From Chthoniobacteraceae bacterium (lineage in GTDB: Bacteria; Verrucomicrobiota; Verrucomicrobiia; Chthoniobacterales; Chthoniobacteraceae): a DNA stretch of 58,827 nucleotides. Of the stretch, positions 19,367-28,407 are shown piece by piece (the first letter of the stretch is position 1; each line of letters opens with the position of its first letter). The stretch lies in the NCBI GenBank assembly GCA_040081625.1, contig JBEBGD010000025.1, forward strand, positions 1 to 58,827, given 5' to 3'. The notes under the pieces are model-generated. The model was not told the origin of the DNA, made no database searches, and was given only the letters and a program-made list of their open reading frames with translations. A program made the translations under genes and the position numbers.

Positions 19367-20479
19367 TCAACCGGCGAGCAACTTCGCCGGGTCGGCGAAG
19401 GGCATCCCATGCGCCTCGGCGACGGCGTGGCAGGTGACTTCGCCGCGATGGACGTTGAGTCCGCCGAGGAGGTTCCGGTCCTTCGCGAAGGCGCCGGGCA
19501 CGCCGTGGTCGGCGAGCAGCTCGATGTAGCGATAGGTCACGTTCGTGAGCGCCTGCGTCGCCGTGCGCGCGTAGGCGGCGGGCATGTTCGCCACGCAGTA
19601 ATGGATCACTTCTTCCTCGAAGTAGATCGGGTCGTGATGCGTCGTCGGCCGCGTCGTCTCCGCGCAGCCGCCCTGGTCCACGGCGATATCCACGAGCACG
19701 CTGCCGGCCTTCATCACCTTGAGCATCTCGCGCGTGATGAGCTTCGGCGCCTTCGCGCCCGGCACGAGCACGGCGCCGATGAGCAGGTCCACTTCCGGGA
19801 GCTGCTCGAGGATGTGCGCGTGGCTCGAGTAGAGCGTGTGCGCGGTGTGCAGCGTGATGTCGAGGAAGCGCATCCGCTCGACATCGACATCGAGGATCGT
19901 CACGTCAGCACCGAGGCCCGTGGCCATGCGCGCGGCGTTCACGCCCGCATTGCCGCCGCCGAGCACCATCACTTTCCCCGGCAGCACGCCAGGCACGCCG
20001 CCGAGCAGGACGCCTTTTCCGCCGTGATGCTTGGCGAGGTAGTAGCCGCCCACGAGCACGCTCATGCGGCCGGCGATTTCGCTCATCGGTTCGAGCAGCG
20101 GGAGCCGGCGGTTTACCTCCACGGTTTCATAAGCGATCGCGGCGACCTGCGCGCGCACGAGTGCGTCGGTCAGCGGCCGGCTCGCGGCGAGGTGCAGGTA
20201 GGTGAAGACGATCTGCCCCGGCTGGAGCAGCGCGTATTCATCGGGCAGCGGTTCCTTCACCTTCACGATCATCTGCGCGCGCTCGAAGACCTGCTCGTGG
20301 TTCGCGACGATCTCCGCGCCGGCGGCGCGATATTCCTCGTCGCTGTAGCCCGAGCCGGCGCCGGCGCCCGCCTCGACGAGCACGGTGTGCCCGCGCTTCG
20401 CGAGGAGATACGCCGCCGAGGGCAGCAGCGCGACGCGGTGTTCCTGTGCTTTGATTTCCTTTGGGCAGCCGATGACCAT
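19367..20479 (-). CDS. ald: Alanine dehydrogenase
   Basis: [50 protein letters not shown]. Confidence 0.97.
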   Translation of the reverse strand: MVIGCPKEIKAQEHRVALLPSAAYLLAKRGHTVLVEAGAGAGSGYSDEEYRAAGAEIVANHEQVFERAQMIVKVKEPLPDEYALLQPGQIVFTYLHLAASRPLTDALVRAQVAAIAYETVEVNRRLPLLEPMSEIAGRMSVLVGGYYLAKHHGGKGVLLGGVPGVLPGKVMVLGGGNAGVNAARMATGLGADVTILDVDVERMRFLDITLHTAHTLYSSHAHILEQLPEVDLLIGAVLVPGAKAPKLITREMLKVMKAGSVLVDIAVDQGGCAETTRPTTHHDPIYFEEEVIHYCVANMPAAYARTATQALTNVTYRYIELLADHGVPGAFAKDRNLLGGLNVHRGEVTCHAVAEAHGMPFADPAKLLAG

Positions 20480-20482
20480 AAG

Positions 20483-21034
20483 TCAGTTCCCGGTCAGGTC
20501 CTCCGGCGCCTCGGCGATCAGCTTGAACCACGGCCCGAAGCCGCTGGTGACTTCCTTCCACAAGGTCGCGTGTTTTCCCGGCGCGAATACATCGCGCACC
20601 GGCGGGCTCACCAGCCACGACTTGCTCGCGAGTTCCGCCTCGATCTGCCCGCCGCCCCAGCCTGCGTAGCCGATGAAGGCGCGCACCTCGGTGTGATCCT
20701 GCTCGAGCGCTTCCTGCGCATCGGGGATGAGCAAATGGTGCCGGCACTCGACGCGGGCGGCGTCGATCGACCAGTGGAAGGACGCGAAGATCAACTCGTT
20801 CGACTGCACCGGCCCGCCGAGCAGCACCGGCAACTGCGCGAGCCCCCCGATCGGTTTGTTCGGCATCAGGTCGCCGAGCATCCGGCCCATCGGCCGGTTG
20901 AGCACGAGGCCGAAGCTTCCCTTTTCGTCGTGCTCGGACAAGAGAAGCACCGTGCGGCGGAAATTCGGGTCCATGAGGCCCGGGTGCGCGATCAACAGCG
21001 AGCCTGCGAGCGATGGCGTTTGCGATTCGGGCAC
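20483..21034 (-). CDS. YqgE/AlgH (DUF179) family protein
   Basis: LLIAHP.L.DPNFRRTV, GLVLNRP, GGPV, GYAGWGGGQ; GTG 21034. Confidence 0.9.
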   Translation of the reverse strand: MPESQTPSLAGSLLIAHPGLMDPNFRRTVLLLSEHDEKGSFGLVLNRPMGRMLGDLMPNKPIGGLAQLPVLLGGPVQSNELIFASFHWSIDAARVECRHHLLIPDAQEALEQDHTEVRAFIGYAGWGGGQIEAELASKSWLVSPPVRDVFAPGKHATLWKEVTSGFGPWFKLIAEAPEDLTGN

Positions 21035-21039
21035 GGCGG

Positions 21040-21068
21040 AAAGTAGAGCGCGCGCCGCGCCGTGGCAA
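21040..21068 (-). promoter_or_regulatory. Sigma70-type promoter for yqgE-ald
   Basis: TTGCCA-N17-TACTTT on the minus strand, 5 nt before GTG 21034. Confidence 0.6.
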
Positions 21069-21121
21069 GCCGCGCGCTTTTCGCGTGTCAGCCCGGTCGT
21101 CGCTGCTACGTTCCGCGCCCC

Positions 21122-21913
21122 ATGTTCCAAACGACCGAGCCGCTCATCATCGCCGGACGCGAATTCCGCTCGCGACTGCTCGTGGGCACGGGGAAATTTT
21201 CCTCCAACGAAGCGATGGCCGCCGCGCTCGAGGCCAGCGGCACGGAGATCGTCACCGTCGCGCTGCGCCGCGCCGACCTCACGGGTAAGGGCGACCCCTT
21301 CGCGAACATCCTCGATTTCATCGACCCGAAACGCTACCTGCTCCTGCCGAACACGAGCGGCGCGATGAACGCCGAGGAAGCCGTGCGCCTCGCGCGGCTG
21401 GCGCGCGCCGCGGGCATCAGCGACTGGGTGAAGCTCGAGATCCACCCCGACCCGCGCTACCTGCTGCCCGACCCGATCGAGACGCTCAAGGCCGCGGAGG
21501 TGCTCGTGAAGGAAGGCTTCACCGTGCTGCCCTACATCAACGCCGACCCCGTGCTCGCGAAACGCCTCGAGGACATCGGTGCCGCCACGGTGATGCCGCT
21601 CGGCTCGCCCATCGGCTCGAACCGCGGCATCGAGACGCGCGCGCAGCTCGAGATCATCATCGAGCAATGCACCGTGCCCGTCGTCGTCGATGCCGGCCTC
21701 GGCGCGCCCAGCCACGTCGCCGCCGCGATGGAACTCGGCGCCGACGCCGTGCTCGTGAACACCGCCATCGCCATCGCCTCCGACCCCGCGCGCATGGCCC
21801 GCGCCTTCGCCGCCGGGGTGGAAGCCGGACGCGCCGCCTACGAGATCGGCCTCGGTTCGACGCTCGATAGCGCCAGCGCCACCAGCCCGCTCGCCGCCTT
21901 CATCAAGTCATGA
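21122..21913 (+). CDS. thiG: Thiazole synthase
   Basis: [52 protein letters not shown]. Confidence 0.97.
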   Translation: MFQTTEPLIIAGREFRSRLLVGTGKFSSNEAMAAALEASGTEIVTVALRRADLTGKGDPFANILDFIDPKRYLLLPNTSGAMNAEEAVRLARLARAAGISDWVKLEIHPDPRYLLPDPIETLKAAEVLVKEGFTVLPYINADPVLAKRLEDIGAATVMPLGSPIGSNRGIETRAQLEIIIEQCTVPVVVDAGLGAPSHVAAAMELGADAVLVNTAIAIASDPARMARAFAAGVEAGRAAYEIGLGSTLDSASATSPLAAFIKS

Positions 21914-22539
21914 AGCTGCTCCTCATCCTCGCGATCCTCATCGTCGGCGCGCGAGCCGCCGAGCCGGTGAAGGAAATCAAGCCCACCCCGCCCGGCGAGT
22001 CGCCCGAGGAAATCGCGCATCGCTACATCCGCGCGATGGCCGACCAGCATCTCAATGTCGTCGCCGACGCGATGCACCCGGACGCGCTCGTGCAGTTTCA
22101 AGGCATCCTCGGCCGCATCGCCGACGCCATCGCCGCCGCGCCCGCGGATCGCAAACCGCCGGAGAAAATGATCAGCGCGCTCTTCGGCGAGCCCGGCCTC
22201 GCCGCGGTGAAGACCGACGCGCCGCGCGACGTGTTCGTGCGCTTCATGAGCAACCTCATGACCTTCCTCCCGCAGGTCCGCGAGATGACCGCCGGCTCCG
22301 AATATCAGGTGCTCGGCCACGTCGAGGAAGGCAACCTCGCGCACGTCGTCTTCCGCGCCACGCTGCGCCGCGGCGAAGCGGAGGTCACGAAGATGGATGT
22401 GCTCTCGCTCAAGCGCGACGGCGAGAGATGGAAGGTGCTGCTGACCGACGACCTCGCCGGCGTCGTCGCCGGTCTCGGCCGCCAGCTCGCCTCACCGCCG
22501 CAGGAGAAACCCGCCACACCGCAGCCAAAGTTCCGGTGA
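21910..22539 (+). CDS. Exported hypothetical protein (possibly NTF2-like)
   Basis: Signal peptide [16 protein letters not shown]; host-like codon use; ATGA overlap with thiG. Confidence 0.65.
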   Translation: MKLLLILAILIVGARAAEPVKEIKPTPPGESPEEIAHRYIRAMADQHLNVVADAMHPDALVQFQGILGRIADAIAAAPADRKPPEKMISALFGEPGLAAVKTDAPRDVFVRFMSNLMTFLPQVREMTAGSEYQVLGHVEEGNLAHVVFRATLRRGEAEVTKMDVLSLKRDGERWKVLLTDDLAGVVAGLGRQLASPPQEKPATPQPKFR

Positions 22540-22582
22540 GCCGGACTGTCGGCGTCCGCCGATGTGCTAATCTCCCGCCGCG

Positions 22583-23662
22583 ATGAATCTCCTCGCTCTC
22601 GTTGAAAAGCTCGAGGCGCTGCTCAAGAAGCTGCCCGACGGCCTGCACCAGCCCATCCTCCGCGAAATCGAGCCGCTCAAAACGCTCTTCCTCAAGCAGC
22701 GTCCGCCGCGGCTCGTGCTGCTCGGCGAGCGCGCGGTCAGCCGCGCGCAGATCGTCAACGCGTTGTTTGGCACCGCGGTCGCGGGTGCGACCGATGATTC
22801 GCGCCAGAGCGCCGCGTGGGATGTCTTCTCCCTCGGCGGCCGCGGCACGTTGCGGATGCTCGATGCGCGCCGACCGATGAGCGTGCCTGCGCTGACCCGT
22901 CCTCTCGGCGCGGAGGCGTGCGATTTGTTTCTGTTCGTCCGCGCCTCGACCGGCCTCGGCGAAGACCTCGCGGCTGATCTCGACCACGCGATGACCGTGC
23001 TCGGCTATGCGGACGCGCAGCACGCCGCGCGTTCGAAATTGCTCGGGCTACAGCTCGGCGACACCGCCGGCGAAGACCAGCGGCTCGAGCTGCACGGTGC
23101 GCTTTTCACCAGGCCCATGCTGGCCGATCGCACGCTCGACGTGGTGCTTTTCGCGGAGCGAAAAAAGCTCGTCGAGCAAATCGCCGTCGAGCTGCCCGGC
23201 GAATCGCAGCTCGAAATGGCGCGCCTCTCGCAGAACCGCGATCTCCAGCGTCAGATCGCAAACGTGCTCATCAAGTCGATGGCGGCGATCTGCGGCGCCA
23301 TCGGCACACAGCCGATCCCGCTCGCGGATTTCCCGATCCTCACCTCGCTCCAGGCCACGATGGTCGCGAGCCTCGCGCACATCAGCGGGCGCGAGTTCAG
23401 CGTGAAGCTCGCGGGCGAATTCCTCGCCGCGGTCGGCGCGAACATCGGCGCGGGCCTGATCCTGCGCGAGGGTGCGCGGGCGGTGGCGAAGTTCGTCCCC
23501 GGCTGGGGGAATGCGATCTCCGGCGGCGTCGCCGCCGCGGGCACGTTTGCGATCGGACGCGCGGCAGCTTCGTATTTCATCGACGGCGTTTCGCTCAAGA
23601 ATGCCCGCGACATCTTTCGACGGAAGCGCAAACCCGCGGCGCTGCTAAAGGACAAGGCGTGA
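22583..23662 (+). CDS. YcjF/DUF697 family protein with a degenerate N-terminal GTPase-like domain
   Basis: C-terminal QPIPLADFPILTSLQ..M, KFVPGWGNAISGGVAAAGTFAIG; N-terminal LVLLGERAVSRAQIVNALFG. Confidence 0.75.
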   Translation: MNLLALVEKLEALLKKLPDGLHQPILREIEPLKTLFLKQRPPRLVLLGERAVSRAQIVNALFGTAVAGATDDSRQSAAWDVFSLGGRGTLRMLDARRPMSVPALTRPLGAEACDLFLFVRASTGLGEDLAADLDHAMTVLGYADAQHAARSKLLGLQLGDTAGEDQRLELHGALFTRPMLADRTLDVVLFAERKKLVEQIAVELPGESQLEMARLSQNRDLQRQIANVLIKSMAAICGAIGTQPIPLADFPILTSLQATMVASLAHISGREFSVKLAGEFLAAVGANIGAGLILREGARAVAKFVPGWGNAISGGVAAAGTFAIGRAAASYFIDGVSLKNARDIFRRKRKPAALLKDKA

Positions 23663-24987
23663 AACTATCGACCATCTCCGATTCTCTGCGCACGATCGGG
23701 CGCGAGCCGAAGCAAAGCCTCGGGCAGAACTTCCTCCACGATCAGAACGTGGCGCGCTGGATCGTCGATCAACTCGAGCTCCAGCCCGGCGAACCGTGGG
23801 TCGAGGTCGGGCCGGGGCTCGGCGCGCTCACCGAGTTCGCCGTCGCGAAATCCGCGAACGGCCTCGTGATCGAGAAGGATGGGAAGCTCGTGGATTTCCT
23901 GCGCGCGCAATTCCCGAAGATCGAGATCATCCACGGCGACGCGAGCGAGTTCGACACACGCGAACTGTTCGCGCGCGGGCCGGTGAAGGTCGTCGGCAAT
24001 CTGCCCTACTACATCTCCAGCCAGATCCTCATCGGCTGGACGGATCAGCCGAGCCCGGTCGGCCGGCTCGTCTTCACCCTGCAAAAGGAACTCGCCGAGC
24101 GTCTCTCCGGCGAGCCGCGCACGAAAGCCTACGGCGCGCTGACACTGCTCGTGGGCCGCCGCTGGCACGTTCACTTCGCGCGCAAACTGCCTCCGAGCGT
24201 CTTCATGCCCGCGCCGCGCGTCGAGTCCGCCGTCGTCGTGCTCACGCCGCGCGATCCCGCGGAGCTGCCGCCGTGCGACGGCGCGGCCTTCCGCCGGCTC
24301 GTGAAGCGCGGCTTCGCGAAGCGCCGCAAGATGCTGCGCAAAAACATCGGCGACGAAGTCGAGGACTGGGGCGCGTTCTGCCGCGCGCTCGAGCTGCCGG
24401 AGACCGTGCGCGCCGAGGAGCTGGACCTCGCGAAGTGGATCGAGATCACGAACTTCGTCGGGGGCCAGGCCGGCGCGGCGCAGGACGTCCACGGCGAAGT
24501 CTTCGACGTGGTGGATGAAAACGACCGCGTGCTCCGCCAGGCCACGCGCCACGAGGTCCACACGCAATCACTTCGCCACCGCGCGGTGCACATCTTCGTC
24601 TTCAACCAGCAAGGCGACCTTTTCCTCCAGCGCCGCTCGCGGGGAAAGGATCAGCATCCGCTCCGATGGGATTCGAGCGCTGCCGGGCACGTCGAAGCCG
24701 GCCAGACCTACGACGCCACGGCGCCGCGAGAAGTCGCCGAGGAACTCGGCGTGGACGCGACTTGCACGCGCATCGGTGAACTGCTCGCGGGGCCGCAAAC
24801 CGGCTGGGAGTTCGTGCATCTTTTCCGATCGAGCCACGAGGGCCCGTTCCGGCTCGCCCCGGCGGAGATCGACTGCGGCGGGTTCTTCACCCTCGATCAA
24901 ATCGACCGCTGGATCGCCGCGCGCCCCGGGGATTTCGCGCCCGGCTTCCTCGAATGCTTCCGCCTCTTCCGCGCGCAATCGCTTTGA
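23659..24987 (+). CDS. rsmA: 16S rRNA m6,6A dimethyltransferase RsmA/KsgA fused to a C-terminal Nudix hydrolase
   Basis: KQSLGQNFL, EVGPGLGALT, GNLPYYIS, F.PAPRVES; then HRAVHIFVFN..G, GH...REVAEELG. Confidence 0.92.
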   Translation: MKLSTISDSLRTIGREPKQSLGQNFLHDQNVARWIVDQLELQPGEPWVEVGPGLGALTEFAVAKSANGLVIEKDGKLVDFLRAQFPKIEIIHGDASEFDTRELFARGPVKVVGNLPYYISSQILIGWTDQPSPVGRLVFTLQKELAERLSGEPRTKAYGALTLLVGRRWHVHFARKLPPSVFMPAPRVESAVVVLTPRDPAELPPCDGAAFRRLVKRGFAKRRKMLRKNIGDEVEDWGAFCRALELPETVRAEELDLAKWIEITNFVGGQAGAAQDVHGEVFDVVDENDRVLRQATRHEVHTQSLRHRAVHIFVFNQQGDLFLQRRSRGKDQHPLRWDSSAAGHVEAGQTYDATAPREVAEELGVDATCTRIGELLAGPQTGWEFVHLFRSSHEGPFRLAPAEIDCGGFFTLDQIDRWIAARPGDFAPGFLECFRLFRAQSL

Positions 24988-25012
24988 CGCCACCGCGCGG
25001 CTCGCATACATC
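24984..25012 (+). promoter_or_regulatory. Sigma70-type promoter for the APC transporter
   Basis: TTGACG-N17-TACATC. Confidence 0.55.
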
Positions 25013-25061
25013 CGCGCCCCGCTACGCCTGAGTCAGGCGCGCCTTCTTCAATTCCGCTACC

Positions 25062-26879
25062 GTGGCCGCCCCGCTCAGTCCCAACCGTCCCCGCAATGTC
25101 GATTGGCGGCGCGCCGCCGCGCTGCTCTACGGCGATTGGGGCACCAGCAAGGCCTACGTCATCGGCCTCGCTTTCGTCGCCGCGGGATTTGCTTCGCTGC
25201 CGATCATCCTCGCGGTGTGCGTTCTCACCGCGCTGGTCGGCTACAACTACGCCATCGTCTGCCGGAACTTCCCCGACGGCGGCGGCGTCTATTCCGCGGC
25301 GAAGCAGCAAAGCCGCCTGCTCGCCGCGGTCGGCGCGCTGTTGCTGATCGCGAACTTCCTCGTCACCGCCGCGCTCAGCGGCTGGGCGGCGATGAGCTAC
25401 TTCGGCGTGCCTGAGGGATGGGTCGCGACCGCGACGATGGGCATCATCCTCGTGCTCGGCGCGATCAACTACTTCGGCCCGAAGCACAGCGGCAGCATGT
25501 CCATCGCGATGGCGGTGCCCACGCTGGTCTGCGTCATCGCGATCATCGCGATGAGTGCGCCGCACATGACCACCGCGAATCTCCAGTGGCCCACCGGCGG
25601 CTTCGGCGATTCGTGGACGAAGTTCGTGCAGGTCATTCTTGCGCTCAGCGGCGTCGAGGCGATCGCGAGCATGACTGGCGTGATGAAGCTCAACAAGGGA
25701 TCCGATCCTGAGCGTCCTGACGTGAGCCGCACTTCGTCGCGCGCGCTGCTGATCGTCGCGATCGAAGTCGTCCTCGGCACCGCCCTGCTCGGATGGGCCA
25801 TGCTCTCCGTCCCGCCGCAGTTCGCGACCGAGCTTGCCGCGCACAAGGAGGACATGCTGAAGTTTCTCGGCGAGTATTTTGCCGGGGCGCTCGGTGGTGA
25901 GGTGGCGGGTAAAATCTTCGGCGGCTTTGTCGGGCTCGTCTTCGGCGTGCTGCTGATCAGCGCGGTGAACACGGCGATCGTCGCCGTCATCGGCGTGATC
26001 TACATGATGTCGCTCGACGGCGAATTTCCGCGCCCGCTCACGAAGCTCAATCGCCACGGCGTGCCGACCGGGCCGTTGCTCGCCGGCACGATCCTGCCGG
26101 TGCTCATCCTCGCAGTGGTCACGGATTTCGACGCCCTCGCGAGCCTCTACGCGATCGGCGTCGTCGGCGCGATCACCGTGAACCTCGGCTCGTGCAGCGC
26201 GAACTTTAACCTGCCGATCAAGCGCGGCGAGCGGCTGATGATGACGGGCACCGCCATCGTCCTCGCGACGGTCTGGCTCACGATCGCCTACACCCTCAAC
26301 CACGCGCTCTTTTTCGCGATCTGCGTGCTCGTCGTCGGGCTCGCGTTGCGCGCGTATTCGCACAAAGTCGTCGGGTTGACGACCGTGACGGTCTCGACCG
26401 CCGCGGCCGAGTTGGTGAATGAAGCCTCGCTCGAGAAGCTGCGCCCACGCTGTGCTGACGGGCAGAAGGTCATGGTCGCCGCGCGCGGCGTCACGCCCGT
26501 GCTTCGCTTCGCGCTCGAATACGCCGCGCTCAAAAAAGCGACACTGTGCGTGCTCTACGTCAAGGAGGTCGCTGTCTTCCTCACGGGCTCGGCCGGTCCG
26601 CGCGTGCGCCCGAAGTGGGAGGACGATCTGCAGGCCGCGAAGATCATGTCGCTGTGTCTCAAGCTCGGCGAGGAGATGGGCGTGCCGGTGCTGCCCGTGT
26701 TTGCGGTGAGCGCAGAGCCCGCCTCGACGATCCTCGATTCCGCGGCCACGCTTGGCGTCGATTATCTCATGCTCGGCGCCGCGCTTCGCCCGAACCTGGC
26801 CCGCCTGCTCAAGGGCAACGTGGTCGATCAAGTCGCGCGTTCCCTACCCGATAACATCGAGCTGATCATCCACGGTTGA
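25062..26879 (+). CDS. APC superfamily permease with C-terminal universal stress protein (USP)-like domain
   Basis: About 12 TMs; YGDWGTS, PDGGGVYS, LSGVEAIA, LYAIGV; C-terminal VDYLMLGA...LLKGNVVDQVARSLP. Confidence 0.85.
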   Translation: MAAPLSPNRPRNVDWRRAAALLYGDWGTSKAYVIGLAFVAAGFASLPIILAVCVLTALVGYNYAIVCRNFPDGGGVYSAAKQQSRLLAAVGALLLIANFLVTAALSGWAAMSYFGVPEGWVATATMGIILVLGAINYFGPKHSGSMSIAMAVPTLVCVIAIIAMSAPHMTTANLQWPTGGFGDSWTKFVQVILALSGVEAIASMTGVMKLNKGSDPERPDVSRTSSRALLIVAIEVVLGTALLGWAMLSVPPQFATELAAHKEDMLKFLGEYFAGALGGEVAGKIFGGFVGLVFGVLLISAVNTAIVAVIGVIYMMSLDGEFPRPLTKLNRHGVPTGPLLAGTILPVLILAVVTDFDALASLYAIGVVGAITVNLGSCSANFNLPIKRGERLMMTGTAIVLATVWLTIAYTLNHALFFAICVLVVGLALRAYSHKVVGLTTVTVSTAAAELVNEASLEKLRPRCADGQKVMVAARGVTPVLRFALEYAALKKATLCVLYVKEVAVFLTGSAGPRVRPKWEDDLQAAKIMSLCLKLGEEMGVPVLPVFAVSAEPASTILDSAATLGVDYLMLGAALRPNLARLLKGNVVDQVARSLPDNIELIIHG

Positions 26880-26894
26880 CCGCGAAGTGCGGCG

Positions 26895-27596
26895 CTACTT
26901 TCCGAGCGGCGTCGAGACACGCACGTCGGTGGGCGGCTTGAATTCGAACGCCGAGCCGGCCACCTCCTGCGAACGCTGGTTCTTGTAGGTCGTCACGACG
27001 CTGTCGTCCCGTGGCAGCGAGGCCTCGGTTTTCGCGATGAGGAATTCGTCGGTGATCCACACGCTCAGCTCGCGCAGCATGCGCTTGAGACCGCTCGTCT
27101 TCGGGTGCAGCACGAGCCGGTAGCCGGCCGGCTCGCGGAAGGCGTCGTAGCGATAGAACTTCGCGATGTCCTGGAAGTTCAGCCCCGCGGTGAGCGCGGC
27201 GAGCGAGTCGTCGAAGAAGCTGTGCTGGCCGAGCGTGTAGTGCTCGGCCTCCTTGAAGTTTGGATAGTAAATCCAGAGCTGCCTGCCATCGCAAACCGTG
27301 AGGCTCGAGTTCGCGCCTTTCACTTCCCGGCGGAAAAGATTCGGCGCGCGGAAGGCGATCGTGCCGCTGGTGACGAGCGGCTTTTGCAGCAGCCGCGTTT
27401 TCTTCTCCTCGGTGAAGTCGGCGGTCAGCGACGGGAACTTCGCGCGGTGATCCTGGAGGCGCGTGATGAGCGCAGCGGTATCCGCCGCGCTAAGCTCCGC
27501 CGCCGGGCTCAGCCGGGGGAGCAGGAGGAGGAGCAGCAGGCCAGATCGGCACGTAATTGAACCATTGCCCGGGGTGCTGGCGGATGACGTTTTCAA
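26895..27596 (-). CDS. LolA-like outer-membrane lipoprotein carrier fold protein
   Basis: SLTADFTEEK..RLL..P..SG.IAF.AP..FR, DG.QLWIYYP; signal peptide; start uncertain (TTG 27596). Confidence 0.8.
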   Translation of the reverse strand: MKTSSASTPGNGSITCRSGLLLLLLLPRLSPAAELSAADTAALITRLQDHRAKFPSLTADFTEEKKTRLLQKPLVTSGTIAFRAPNLFRREVKGANSSLTVCDGRQLWIYYPNFKEAEHYTLGQHSFFDDSLAALTAGLNFQDIAKFYRYDAFREPAGYRLVLHPKTSGLKRMLRELSVWITDEFLIAKTEASLPRDDSVVTTYKNQRSQEVAGSAFEFKPPTDVRVSTPLGK

Positions 27597-28407
27597 AATG
27601 AGTCGCGAGGAGTTGAGTGTTTCGGGCGAGATCGAGGTGCGGGTCGGGGCCGTGCGTGAAGTCGAGCGGTGCGTCGGCAAAGGCCGCATAGCGCCCGCCT
27701 TCTTCGCCCAGCACGAAGGCCGGCACGACAGCGGCGTGCGTGTGTTGCCAGAGCAGCGCGGGCGCAGTCGAGAACTCCGTCGGCCGGTCGCAGAAATTCA
27801 CCGGCGCGCCCGTTCCGGCATACGGGCGGTCCACGAGCATCGCGACGAGTTCGTTGCGCCGCAGGGCCTGCACGATTTCGACGAAGCTGAAGGCGTGGCC
27901 CGGCCCGACGGTGATCGTTTTCAGCCCGGCGTGCTGGCGATACGCGTCGCGCCAGCGAGTCAGTTCCGACTCCGGTTCCTCGAGCGTGATGACTGTGAGC
28001 GGCAGGCCCTGCTGCGCAAGGAGCAGGCCGCCGAGCTCCCAGTGGCCGAGGTGTGCGGTCACCACGATCACGCCGTGGCCGCGTTCGCGCGCAGCGCGCA
28101 GGTGCTCGATGCCGCGCCACTGCGCGAGCAGAGTATCGCTGCGATGGCCGGCGGCGCAGCGGAAGTAATCGCTGAGCATCCCGGCGAAGTTCGCGACGTT
28201 CTCCCGGCAAAGCAGATCGAGCTTCGCTCCGCCGATGCCGGTCAGAGCGCTGAGATTCCCGCGCAGCGCGGCCTGCGCCTGCGGGCGGCGGGCATAGACG
28301 CGCAGCGCCACCTTCACCGCGAGGCGTCGTGCGAGCGCGCGCGGGAGCCAGCGCGCGGCAAATCGCGCGAGCTTGAAGGCACTGAGGCTGTAAAGCGCCG
28401 GCTGCAT
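27490..28407 (-). CDS. Lysophospholipid / lipid A-type (LpxL-like) acyltransferase
   Basis: GVIVVTAHLGHWE (HX4E), VAMLVDR, PGQWFNY; ATG 28407 overlaps the MMPL stop. Confidence 0.9.
   Translation of the reverse strand: MQPALYSLSAFKLARFAARWLPRALARRLAVKVALRVYARRPQAQAALRGNLSALTGIGGAKLDLLCRENVANFAGMLSDYFRCAAGHRSDTLLAQWRGIEHLRAARERGHGVIVVTAHLGHWELGGLLLAQQGLPLTVITLEEPESELTRWRDAYRQHAGLKTITVGPGHAFSFVEIVQALRRNELVAMLVDRPYAGTGAPVNFCDRPTEFSTAPALLWQHTHAAVVPAFVLGEEGGRYAAFADAPLDFTHGPDPHLDLARNTQLLATHFENVIRQHPGQWFNYVPIWPAAPPPAPPAEPGGGA

Noticed and set aside
21063..21078. TGGCA-N-GC as a sigma54 promoter
   Set aside because: Lacks TTGC at -12; better explained as the -35 box (TTGCCA) of the opposite-strand promoter
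21035..21121. TPP riboswitch upstream of thiG
   Set aside because: The spacer is only 87 bp, is filled by two divergent promoters and lacks the CTGAGA core
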